DNA from: a virus
Lineage: Duplodnaviria > Heunggongvirae > Uroviricota > Caudoviricetes
Reading direction: 5' to 3' (one strand)
Virus record (IMG/VR): IMGVR_UViG_2734482780_000007
Length of the DNA stretch: 26,669 nt
Shown: positions 10,141 through 18,190 of the stretch, in pieces
Layout: every line of letters starts with the position of its first letter
Position numbering within the stretch: position 1 is the first letter of the stretch
Notes under the pieces: model-generated
Database searches by the model: none
Told to the model about the DNA's origin: nothing
What the model saw: the letters and a program-made list of their open reading frames with translations, nothing else
Made by a program: the position numbers and the translations under genes

Positions 10141-10893
10141 TTATCTCGTCACCTTCCTCAATTGCGCTTCCGCGTATGCTTCTTCCTGCCAGCACTTTGT
10201 TACCAGTTTACCAATGACGTCCGCATACCCCTTATACCACTGATAATCGGTCAGGTCTGGTACCAGCTTCTGGACATGACGTCGTGCCAGCGTGGTCGGT
10301 AAACGACTAAACCGGTTTCCATTACAACGCCCACAAATCTTATATACCGGTACGCCATGAAACCGGGTTCTTTTTTCATCCAGAACAATCCCTTTACCCT
10401 TACACCCTCTGCACGCTGTGCTGGCTTCGCCCTTACCATGGCAATGCTGACATAGTTCCTTCACCCATTCTTCCTTGATTACAGATTCCCCGCGTCTGTA
10501 GTGTTTCACCACTTCGCGCAATACATTATAAAATCCCGTACCTGAACAATGCTCACAGCGAGCCTTACTTGCCGCAGACCTGGAGTAATCAGCAAAGGCA
10601 AAACTCACGAGGTAAGGAATAATCTGTAACCGGATTTCTTCACTCAATTTGTTCAATGTCGGGTTATCCAGTGCCATCGCGTAATTTAGCAGGCCTTCAA
10701 TCGCAAACTGAGGGTCCTGAACACCAACTTTTGCCAGAAATAAGGCCAACCCAAGTGGTGCTTTCGACTGCACCATCCCCTGCGCTGCCATTACATCCGT
10801 AATTGTTAAACAACCGGTGCCTGTCGCTGGAGCGTCATCGCTCAATTTTGGAGATTTTGGGGAGTAATATTTTGGTAAGGCTTCAAGGTTCAT
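10141..10893 (-). CDS. quuQ: Late-gene antitermination protein Q, 250 aa
   Basis: Q-family protein with Cys-rich zinc-binding region (CEHCSGTG ... CQHCHGKG ... CRGCKGKG ... CGRCNG); GGAG SD before the ATG at 10893. Confidence 0.9.
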   Translation of the reverse strand: MNLEALPKYYSPKSPKLSDDAPATGTGCLTITDVMAAQGMVQSKAPLGLALFLAKVGVQDPQFAIEGLLNYAMALDNPTLNKLSEEIRLQIIPYLVSFAFADYSRSAASKARCEHCSGTGFYNVLREVVKHYRRGESVIKEEWVKELCQHCHGKGEASTACRGCKGKGIVLDEKRTRFHGVPVYKICGRCNGNRFSRLPTTLARRHVQKLVPDLTDYQWYKGYADVIGKLVTKCWQEEAYAEAQLRKVTR

Positions 10894-10906
10894 GCTCGTT
10901 CTCCAC

Positions 10907-11956
10907 TTACGCCAGTACGCCAATTGCCAGCGCGCGATCGATAAAACGAAATATCAGCTCCAGTTGGGAGCCATACTTATCTTCAAATGCCACTGTATCC
11001 GTATGCAGCTCGTTGTGATGCTTTCTGCACAAAGGCAACACAAAGAGATCATGTGCTTTTGTTCCCATTCCGCCCTGCCCGTGACCAATCAGATGATGCG
11101 GATCGTCGGCTGGCATACCGCAGCAAGCACACGGCTGTGTCTTAACCCAACGTGTGTATTTCTCCTTAACCCAGCGGCGACGTTTAGGCAGCTTCATGAA
11201 AGATTCCGGAGACTCTGGATCAACGGTGATGCTTACCACCGTCTTTTCCTGTGGTGATTTTTGTTGCTGGTGGGCGTAAGGCAACGGTGCAAGATTTTTT
11301 GTGCGTTGTTTCAATATGCTGGTGGCGGTCTGCTCTCCCGGTACGATGTCGCTTTCGCGGTACACCGAGCAGATTTTTTCCGCTGGTAATCCCAGCGAAC
11401 GACGCGATACAGCCTCAGGTAGTGCATCCACCACCTGATTGCAGACCGCCCACCAGGATAATTCAGCCAAAGATAATTCCCGCTCCTGCGTACCGCTTAT
11501 TGCGTGACGGATGACGTCAATCACCCATGCTGTCAGATTTTGTTGAGCAAGCAGCTCCAGTGATTCCGATGTCTGGTCACGCAGTTGGTTGTCGCAGTGC
11601 CAGCACAACACCATTGCGCCGGTACCATAACGGTGAATGACTGTTTCAGTGTGATGGTAATCGCCATTAGGCCACTGGCAGGATGTAACATGACGTAATA
11701 GCCAGTCGGACAATGCGCCAACGCCGCCAGCAGCACGAATCACCCGTTCGTTACTAAAAAACGGCAGCAATGTTTTGTCTTCCGCCAGCGGCTGGCGAAC
11801 GGCAGGAACGACTCCGGATGGCAGATTACGCATGCTTTTTGGTTCCGGTTCCACCAGCACTCGAGGATTATGAAATATCTGTATGGATTCACGGCCCGGC
11901 TTAAGGACCACCAGCCCAAGCTCAGGCACCAGAACAGGTCTAAGTAATACCCGCAC
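10907..11956 (-). CDS. ydfU: DUF968-family protein with HNH-like Cys/His motif, 349 aa (GTG start)
   Basis: GTG start preceded by GGAGG SD and immediately after the rem stop; C-terminal CACCG ... PHH ... LCRKHHNELH motif. Confidence 0.8.
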   Translation of the reverse strand: MRVLLRPVLVPELGLVVLKPGRESIQIFHNPRVLVEPEPKSMRNLPSGVVPAVRQPLAEDKTLLPFFSNERVIRAAGGVGALSDWLLRHVTSCQWPNGDYHHTETVIHRYGTGAMVLCWHCDNQLRDQTSESLELLAQQNLTAWVIDVIRHAISGTQERELSLAELSWWAVCNQVVDALPEAVSRRSLGLPAEKICSVYRESDIVPGEQTATSILKQRTKNLAPLPYAHQQQKSPQEKTVVSITVDPESPESFMKLPKRRRWVKEKYTRWVKTQPCACCGMPADDPHHLIGHGQGGMGTKAHDLFVLPLCRKHHNELHTDTVAFEDKYGSQLELIFRFIDRALAIGVLA

Positions 11957-11957
11957 G

Positions 11958-12236
11958 TTACCTCCAGATCCGTTGCTGGAAAGTGCGGGACGCACGTGGT
12001 GGGCGTTCGGAATAAGGCAGCCTGACAGAGATTATCCAGTGCCGATAGTCGAGACTGAGAGCTTTCTTAACCTCGAACCCGCGCCTGCGGTAAGAATGAA
12101 TCAGCCATTCGGCCTGTTCTGCAGTGCATGGAGGGTGCTGGAACCATTCAGACTTGAATGCGTGAGAATACCGCCCGTGCGTGCAGGCAAGAACGGGCGA
12201 ATTATCAGAATTGTAATATTTTGCGTTGCGTGCCAT
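11958..12236 (-). CDS. rem: Small hypothetical protein (Rem-like), 92 aa
   Basis: ORF with GGAG SD; directly upstream of ydfU. Confidence 0.7.
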   Translation of the reverse strand: MARNAKYYNSDNSPVLACTHGRYSHAFKSEWFQHPPCTAEQAEWLIHSYRRRGFEVKKALSLDYRHWIISVRLPYSERPPRASRTFQQRIWR

Positions 12237-12302
12237 CGGTTTTCTCCGGTGGCACGGTGTTACTCAGCGGGAGTTCAGCCCCGCGCAAGATTGTAGATGA
12301 GT

Positions 12303-12554
12303 TTATTCTCCTGAAAAAGCAGAAAAGCCAGCTTTTATTCCGATCTCTTTCAATGCCTGTAATGAAGAGACAAACTCACCTTCGCGCAAGATAAATCCGT
12401 CCGTGACCCGAGCATCCACAAAATTAATTAACGCAGCCCCATTCTTTCGCAAACACATAATGCGGTAATGACTAACAAGATTTCCATTTTCAACGCACAC
12501 AGCATAGAGGCCATCTTCACAAAAAATTTTACGCAGTTCTTCGATGTTCATCAT
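12303..12554 (-). CDS. Hypothetical protein, 83 aa, with its own promoter-like and SD signals
   Basis: MMNIEELRKIFCEDGLYAVCVENGNLVSHYRIMCLRKNGAALINFVDARVTDGFILREGEFVSSLQALKEIGIKAGFSAFSGE; GGAAGGA SD 5 nt upstream; TTGAAG-N18-TAGAAT at 12633-12662. Confidence 0.6.
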   Translation of the reverse strand: MMNIEELRKIFCEDGLYAVCVENGNLVSHYRIMCLRKNGAALINFVDARVTDGFILREGEFVSSLQALKEIGIKAGFSAFSGE

Positions 12555-12670
12555 CAGAATCCTTCCGGATAATTAGCTCTCCCCTTTAAGGGACCATCCC
12601 TCTTATCCCTGCGCGCTACTTAAGTATTTTTGATTCTATTCCGGCACCGTCCAGAACTTCAAACGCGTTG

Positions 12671-12702
12671 AAAATAAAAACAAAAACCCGCCGAAGCGGG
12701 TT
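12671..12702 (-). terminator. Rho-independent terminator of the relBE-hokD operon
   Basis: CCCGC-TTCG-GCGGG hairpin followed by TTTTTGTTTTTATTTT on the minus strand, about 70 nt after the hokD stop. Confidence 0.8.
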
Positions 12703-12770
12703 AAGTGCGGGTGCGTTGAGGATGCCTGCCACATCAGAGGTGGCGAGGGATTTCTCCCCCGCCGGGTCTC

Positions 12771-12926
12771 TTACTCCTCAGGTTCGTAAGCTGTGAAGAC
12801 AGCGACCTCCGTCTGGCCGGTTCGGATTCGTACCTCGCAGAGGTCTTTCCTCGTTACCAGTGCCGTCACTATGACGGTTAAACAGATGACGATCAGGGCG
12901 ATTAACATCGCCTTTTGCTGCTTCAT
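12771..12926 (-). CDS. hokD: Hok-family membrane toxin (RelF/HokD), 51 aa
   Basis: Translation MKQQKAMLIALIVICLTVIVTALVTRKDLCEVRIRTGQTEVAVFTAYEPEE. Confidence 0.92.
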   Translation of the reverse strand: MKQQKAMLIALIVICLTVIVTALVTRKDLCEVRIRTGQTEVAVFTAYEPEE

Positions 12927-12997
12927 AGCCTGCTTCTCCTGTCAACGCAAAGCAGAAGTGTCACCTTCGGTGCGAAACAGAGATGTCATGCTTTGGT

Positions 12998-13285
12998 TCA
13001 GAGAATGCGTTTGACCGCCTCGCTATATACTTCCGAGCGTTCTCTTTTCCCAACAGAAATCACGAAAACGACAACTTTCTCGTCTATAACCTGGTATACA
13101 AGGCGATAGCCTGAAGACCGGAGCTTAATCTTGTAACAATCAGGCATACCACGGAGCTTGTTTGCTTCAATCCGGGGTGACTCAAGTACTTCAACCAGCT
13201 TCTTTTTCAACTGTTCACGTACCGTCGAGCCCAGCTTTCGCCATTCCTTTAGTGCCCGCTCGTCAAAATCCAGAAAATACGCCAT
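12998..13285 (-). CDS. relE: RelE mRNA interferase toxin, 95 aa
   Basis: MAYFLDFDERALKEWRKLGSTVREQLKKKLVEVLESPRIEANKLRGMPDCYKIKLRSSGYRLVYQVIDEKVVVFVISVGKRERSEVYSEAVKRIL; start overlaps relB stop. Confidence 0.95.
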   Translation of the reverse strand: MAYFLDFDERALKEWRKLGSTVREQLKKKLVEVLESPRIEANKLRGMPDCYKIKLRSSGYRLVYQVIDEKVVVFVISVGKRERSEVYSEAVKRIL

Positions 13286-13524
13286 CAGAGTTCATCCAGC
13301 GTCACACGTACTGGCTTAGGATTACGAAGCCGTTCTTTCACTATCTCCACAAGTTCAGCATCTTCATCACTCAGGAGTGTCTGTTTGAACGGCAAGCGTT
13401 CATTGTCAGCGATATACTCGAGCATGAGACGAAGCGCTTCAGAAGGAGTTACACCCATTTTTTCAAGCGCGGCGTAAGAACGCGCTTTAAGTTCATCGTC
13501 AATACGCAGGTTAATGCTACCCAT
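13285..13524 (-). CDS. relB: RelB antitoxin, 79 aa
   Basis: MGSINLRIDDELKARSYAALEKMGVTPSEALRLMLEYIADNERLPFKQTLLSDEDAELVEIVKERLRNPKPVRVTLDEL. Confidence 0.95.
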   Translation of the reverse strand: MGSINLRIDDELKARSYAALEKMGVTPSEALRLMLEYIADNERLPFKQTLLSDEDAELVEIVKERLRNPKPVRVTLDEL

Positions 13525-13535
13525 GTCTTACACCT

Positions 13536-13561
13536 CTTGTAATTACAAATGTCATTACAAG
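13536..13561. promoter_or_regulatory. relO-like operator: tandem TTGTAAT/ATTACAA inverted hexads overlapping the relB promoter/SD region
   Basis: CTTGTAATTACAAATGTCATTACAAG 12-37 nt upstream of the relB ATG. Confidence 0.6.
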
Positions 13562-13854
13562 TATCGCACTACAACATGCTTAGGGCAAGTCACGAAGGAA
13601 GTCAGAAAGTAGTCGTAAGAACGGTGATCACTGTCCGCTTTGTGCCAGGAGCAGCCATTGCTAAGTCCATCCTGTATTGTGCAGGTCAGCTCGTTTTTAA
13701 AGAGTCCGGCCATCATCTTACTGGTACAGACACCATATACTTTGTGACGGTCAGGCTACATATGCACAACTCAACTTATTCATCTATTTTTTGCTTTAGC
13801 ATGTCAGTGTTGCTTTCTCGTCGGCGGGTGAGCGGTGACCTGACCTGTCGATAA
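13549..13854 (+). CDS. Doubtful ORF, 101 aa (YdfV-like), opposite strand across the relBE promoter region
   Basis: Open frame only; low-complexity composition, no clear SD; may not be expressed. Confidence 0.2.
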   Translation: MSLQVSHYNMLRASHEGSQKVVVRTVITVRFVPGAAIAKSILYCAGQLVFKESGHHLTGTDTIYFVTVRLHMHNSTYSSIFCFSMSVLLSRRRVSGDLTCR

Positions 13855-14006
13855 AGGAACGTAGCACGTTTTATGCAACACCCGCATGCGGCAGAAAATT
13901 ATTGCCGAACGTTTACCCCTGTCAACAAGCTTTACTTTCTGAGGCGCGCCAGCCCGCGAGGAAAACAATCTGAACATCAAACAATTAATGACACAAGAAA
14001 TACGAT

Positions 14007-14033
14007 TAAAGATTTTTTTGTGCATGCCGATAG
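14007..14033 (+). promoter_or_regulatory. Sigma-28 (FliA) class 3 flagellar promoter: TAAAGATT-N11-GCCGATAG
   Basis: Matches the TAAAGTTT-N11-GCCGATAA consensus at 7/8 and 7/8, 24 nt upstream of flxA. Confidence 0.7.
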
Positions 14034-14056
14034 TGCTTTTTTAAAAGGAGAAATCT

Positions 14057-14389
14057 ATGTCTGTCACAATTCAGGGAAATACCTCAACCGTTATTTCAAA
14101 CAACTCCGCCCCGGAAGGAACATCAGAAATAGCCAAAATCACAAGACAAATTCAGGTGCTGACTGAAAAGCTTGGGAAAATCTCATCGGAAGAGGGGATG
14201 ACGACACAGCAGAAAAAAGAAATGGCTGCATTGGTACAGAAGCAAATTGAAAGCCTCAGGGCTCAACTGGAGCAGTTGTTAAGGCAGCAGGCAGAGAAAA
14301 AGAATAAAGACGCGACAGTTCAGCCTGATAAAAAAGAAGAGAAAAAAGACGATACAAATACCGCTGGCACCATTGATATTTACGTCTAA
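14057..14389 (+). CDS. flxA: FlxA, FliA-regulated protein, 110 aa
   Basis: MSVTIQGNTSTVISNNSAPEGTSEIAKITRQIQVLTEKLGKISSEEGMTTQQKKEMAALVQKQIESLRAQLEQ...; AAGGAG SD. Confidence 0.93.
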   Translation: MSVTIQGNTSTVISNNSAPEGTSEIAKITRQIQVLTEKLGKISSEEGMTTQQKKEMAALVQKQIESLRAQLEQLLRQQAEKKNKDATVQPDKKEEKKDDTNTAGTIDIYV

Positions 14390-14403
14390 GTGACAGCCGT
14401 ATT

Positions 14404-14427
14404 GTGGCCCTCATCGGGCCACTTTTC
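14404..14427 (+). terminator. Rho-independent terminator after flxA (GTGGCCC-TCATC-GGGCCAC-TTTT)
   Basis: 7-bp GC stem followed by a T-run, 15 nt after the flxA stop. Confidence 0.6.
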
Positions 14428-14825
14428 GCCATCAGCCTTTTCTTTAAAGACATATTATCTTTGTATCATTTCTGATAGTTAACATTACAAGATATAAGTA
14501 ATGGACGCACTCCCAATTAGTCTATTTAAATCGCCACGAGTTTAACTGACAACCCATGATCAATTATGAATTGCAACTATTTCTGTAGTCACTTTTGTGG
14601 GGACAGTCCACAAAACTGCCAACTTCCGCTTCTTGCTCTTAGCGGACATTAGCATAGGCTATTTACCATAACGCCTCATTACGCGCACCGCCCAGACTGA
14701 CTCAGCGCGTTTCTGGCATATCCCCGGTAAAACAAGTAACAAACCACCCGAAAATGAACACCAGAAACGCGACTTAAGAATCTACCCTATGAATGGATAT
14801 GCACTCAACCGAATCGATCTTGGTT

Positions 14826-15815
14826 TCAATCTTTTTTATCGGGATCAGGCTTCTTTTTAGGTAACTTCGGGGGCTTAACTTGCTGATGACTTTGCGTTCG
14901 GCGCGTAAGCCAGGGATGGTCAGCTTTAGGTTTAACATAGTATTTTGAGCGTAAATCAATACGGGCATTATCCACTCGTTCATGGACACTCTTTTCATCA
15001 TCCAGTGGTATAGGCTCCGGGCCATCAACATACTTTTCCCAGCCCAGCGCTTTCCCGTCATACAGAACGTTAATTTCACCGTCAAAGTTCTCGCATACAG
15101 TAACAACCGAATGCCTAAGTCGATATCCCCGGCCCTCACTGCGTACCTGAAACGCACTGCTTGTGTACTGGAAAGTGAGATTTTTAGACAGAACGCGCTT
15201 CGCCTGTAGGCTGAAGATATAACCCAGTTCCTCTTCAGAATGGTGCACATCAAGATGAGCATTATCAGTAGTACGAGGCGACGTAGCGAACCGGTTGTTA
15301 TAGGCTTCAATAAAGGTCGGCAACCATGCATTTGCTGTTTCAATATCACTGATATTCTGAAGCCGCATTTCTTTGACCAGCCTGTCCTGTAGTGTCTGAT
15401 TGGCGCGCTCTACCCGCCCTTTTGCCTGCGGGCTGTTGGCATGGATTGGCTCGATGCCCAGTGTCTTTATCGCACGAGTGAACTGGGTCAGCTCACCTTC
15501 CCGCTCTGGGTTATTTACCCTGAATATACTGTGTCTATCAGAGTAGAGAGCGAGCGGTACGCCATGATCATTAAGGTAACCCCGGAGGGTTTCCATGTAA
15601 GCCCGGGTTGTTTCAGCAGGCACAAAACGCAACGCCATCAACGCACTGGTGGCATCATCAATGAAAACGATCAGTGTACATCTGGGGCCTCGATTTTCAA
15701 ACCAGTCATGAGGTGAGCCATCAATCTGGATCAGTTCACCGTAAGATGGTCGTCGCATGCGACGTTGATATATACGGGCAATTTTACGACGGCGTTCACG
15801 CCATACCCCCCTCTT
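14826..15815 (-). CDS. Transposase catalytic part (rve/DDE integrase core), frame open from 15815; first ATG at 15758
   Basis: IQIDGSPHDWFE ... IVFIDDATSALMA ... HANSPQAKGRVERANQTLQDRL; joins the N-terminal ORF frame if one G of the G6 run (15806-15811) is removed. Confidence 0.75.
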   Translation of the reverse strand, partial: KRGVWRERRRKIARIYQRRMRRPSYGELIQIDGSPHDWFENRGPRCTLIVFIDDATSALMALRFVPAETTRAYMETLRGYLNDHGVPLALYSDRHSIFRVNNPEREGELTQFTRAIKTLGIEPIHANSPQAKGRVERANQTLQDRLVKEMRLQNISDIETANAWLPTFIEAYNNRFATSPRTTDNAHLDVHHSEEELGYIFSLQAKRVLSKNLTFQYTSSAFQVRSEGRGYRLRHSVVTVCENFDGEINVLYDGKALGWEKYVDGPEPIPLDDEKSVHERVDNARIDLRSKYYVKPKADHPWLTRRTQSHQQVKPPKLPKKKPDPDKKD

Positions 15816-16167
15816 CTATCATCCACTTTCTGAGAGTTTCAACGGATAAAGATAAACCGTGTATCTCGCGCAATTTTTCGCACGCAAACGTAGGTCCAAA
15901 ATCAGCGTAACGGCCTTTGAGGAGTGAAATTACTGTTGCTCTGAATTCAGTAGAAAAGGAATTATTAGGACGCTTTCCACGTCGGTGGGAAACCAGACCA
16001 GAAGGCCCTTCATTTCTATACCGTTGCACCAGACGTTTAACCTGCCGAATAGAAATGCCAATGCGTGCCGCAGCTTGTTCCTGAGTAATATGTCGATTAA
16101 TTGACTCCTGAATAATCTGAAGTCGGTGGAGTTCCTTATGACTCATCGTAACAGTTTCTTTGGTCAT
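15796..16167 (-). CDS. Transposase N-terminal part (HTH domain), 123 aa, ends at a stop just after a G6 run
   Basis: MTKETVTMSHKELHRLQIIQESINRHITQEQAAARIGISIRQVKRLVQRY... Confidence 0.75.
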   Translation of the reverse strand: MTKETVTMSHKELHRLQIIQESINRHITQEQAAARIGISIRQVKRLVQRYRNEGPSGLVSHRRGKRPNNSFSTEFRATVISLLKGRYADFGPTFACEKLREIHGLSLSVETLRKWMIEEGGMA

Positions 16168-16501
16168 GAAAAATCCCCCAGAGAATTGTCTGGGGACATT
16201 TTAGAATGGTTCAAAGGGGACATTACAGCTTGGTGTTAACAATAGCCTGCTTCTCCTTGCCTTTCGGCACGTAAGAGGCTAACCTACATGTGTCTGGCAT
16301 GAAATTGGCCTCAGATTAATGTTAAGCGTCTTGCAGGACGCGTAATGTTAACTGGGGCTTTTCTCTACCTGCCGTTGGTGTTCGTGCCCGAGGCAGATAG
16401 CCTCAAGCACCCGCAGTCATTCTACTTAACTAAGATTTCCCCGCAAACCGTTTTTGTCCAGCACAGTAAATATCCAACTAAACCAATGGAGTTCGCTGTA
16501 T

Positions 16502-16681
16502 TTACCGCCAGTATTCAATGCACATGACCGCCATGAACACCCCTAAAAAAAGGGCATTTATATATCCAAATATTAATATCAAAACATCAACTTTTTCCAT
16601 ATACCTTGCTGTGAAGATGATGGGCATACATGATGCGAACAACCAGAACGCAACAAACAAAAACTGCAATGCGTTTTTCAT
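16502..16681 (-). CDS. Small predicted two-TM membrane protein, 59 aa
   Basis: MKNALQFLFVAFWLFASCMPIIFTARYMEKVDVLILIFGYINALFLGVFMAVMCIEYWR; perfect AGGAGG SD 5 nt upstream of the ATG at 16681. Confidence 0.5.
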   Translation of the reverse strand: MKNALQFLFVAFWLFASCMPIIFTARYMEKVDVLILIFGYINALFLGVFMAVMCIEYWR

Positions 16682-16935
16682 TATTCCTCCTACAATCAAT
16701 GTGCAATTACATTTAAACACACCTCAATTTGGCCGGACATATAAATATCTAAACCAGAAAAAATCACTTACATAGCGTTACAAACTCTTTAGTCTAAAGG
16801 TTCATCGTAAAACATTCCCCATACTTATCAGTCCGTTCCGCGCCAGGTAGCTCATTGCCTTATCTGGCAACCTGTAATCAGGTTTCCGCTTTTTCAGTTG
16901 GCTGGTCGTTTAACCGACATAGTTAACCCATTAAT

Positions 16936-17223
16936 CTAGTTGCCGGATGTTGGTGGATTTTCGCGTTTTAGTTGTTCATAAAAGTGCACAGCTTTAACCA
17001 ATTCTTCTGATGTAACCGGGACTGGTGAGGCAGTGAATAAGGCCTGAATTTGATAGTTCGGCCTGTCGTTACAATCCTCTTTTTTCGGTACATATTTCCA
17101 GTCACCAGACCACTACTTCCCCTGAAAGTCCGTAACGCCTTTTTTCACGTAGCGATATCGCCATGTCACTGGTTTTGCTTGCCCCGCCGTTTCATGCCCT
17201 TCCTGATAATTAATCTCGCTCAT
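16936..17223 (-). pseudogene. 95-codon ORF interrupted by a single in-frame TAG (complement of 17113-17115)
   Basis: MSEINYQEGHETAGQAKPVTWRYRYVKKGVTDFQGK*WSGDWKYVPKKEDCNDRPNYQIQALFTASPVPVTSEELVKAVHFYEQLKRENPPTSGN, same frame either side of the amber codon. Confidence 0.3.
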
Positions 17224-17833
17224 TCATCGCCCCACTCATCACAATATGCTTCGACCGGAGTTTTTCCCGCTTCATAGTCATCACGCTAGGATTCGACATC
17301 AGCAGCACTTCCACCGCGTAACTCACCATAGTCCATTAATAGTTCATCCCGCTCTTCAAAACTGATGTTATATTTAGCTGAACAAAAATCAGCCACTTTG
17401 TTCTTCCTCATCGTCTTTTATTTCGTGGTATGAGTAATTGCAGTAGTTAAAGAAAATTTCTTATGCTCCGTCATGAATTTCATCAGGTGTTGCGTCATCG
17501 TCCACTTCGAATACATCCTCAAAATCTCCACCAGCTATTCCCGTTTCAATAATAATTTTGAACTTTCGCATTTCACTACCGCCCTTTCGGGCGGCCTCCT
17601 GATGTTCTGAGGGTGCAGAAATCCATCCGGTTAAGGATTAAGTTTTATTTACAGAACTGAATTTAATTATTCAGATATACGTATCTGTAACCTTACGAAT
17701 CTACTCACTGGATGCCTCTTTCATAAAAATAATCCAGTGGGTTTTATCGTTTTTTCCCTGTTCGTTGACAGATAACAGGCTTTCTATCTGTCAGTGCCAG
17801 AATCTGGCTTACCGGTATTTGCGTTTCATTCCA

Positions 17834-18190
17834 TTAAAAAATCAGAACGCCGTGCGGCCTCAACACCCGAAAAGCTTCTTTAAATCTCTGTCGCAAATCA
17901 TCACGCCAGGCATCTTTATTCAGCCGTCCATATTTCTTTCCCATCCAGGCGTTATCACCAACACGCTCAAGATGCGGAGGGTCTAATACAACCATCGAAA
18001 AAGATGCGTCTGCAAATGATAATGCACGAAAATCTGCGATAATGTCAGGGCTGATAATCAAGCGTCTCCCATTGCGTAATGTGTATCCTTCTTTTCTGAT
18101 ATCGCTGAATATCGCCCGTTTGTCAGACTTATCGAACCAGAACATGCGGCTGCCACAGCACATATCAAGAATGGTTGCCGGTGCACTCAC
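17834..18190 (-). pseudogene. C-terminally truncated SAM-dependent DNA amino-methyltransferase, 118 aa remnant
   Basis: Motif I ILDMCCGS and motif IV VVLDPPH present, ORF stops soon after; start ATG overlaps the upstream ORF stop (ATGA). Confidence 0.55.

Larger units (their letters stand above)
14826..16167 (-). mobile_element. IS-like element: DDE transposase of the retroviral-integrase (rve) type, IS481/ISNCY-like; family and exact ends unresolved
   Basis: N-terminal HTH ORF followed in another frame by an rve-type catalytic ORF (D ... D ... E within SPQAKGRVERANQTL). Confidence 0.7.

Noticed and set aside
14774-15349. 191-aa ORF in an alternative frame within the transposase
   Set aside because: Lies inside the rve catalytic ORF in another frame; no support.
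14440-16360. GGGGACA words near both ends of the IS-like element as terminal inverted repeats
   Set aside because: They are in direct rather than inverted orientation, so they do not define IS ends; the weaker 12-bp inverted repeat is kept as a candidate only.
16866-16895. Plus-strand hairpin with T-run (AACCTG-TAAT-CAGGTT-TCCGCTTTTT) as a terminator
   Set aside because: No plausible plus-strand gene or sRNA upstream of it could be identified; weak AU-rich stem; left unassigned.
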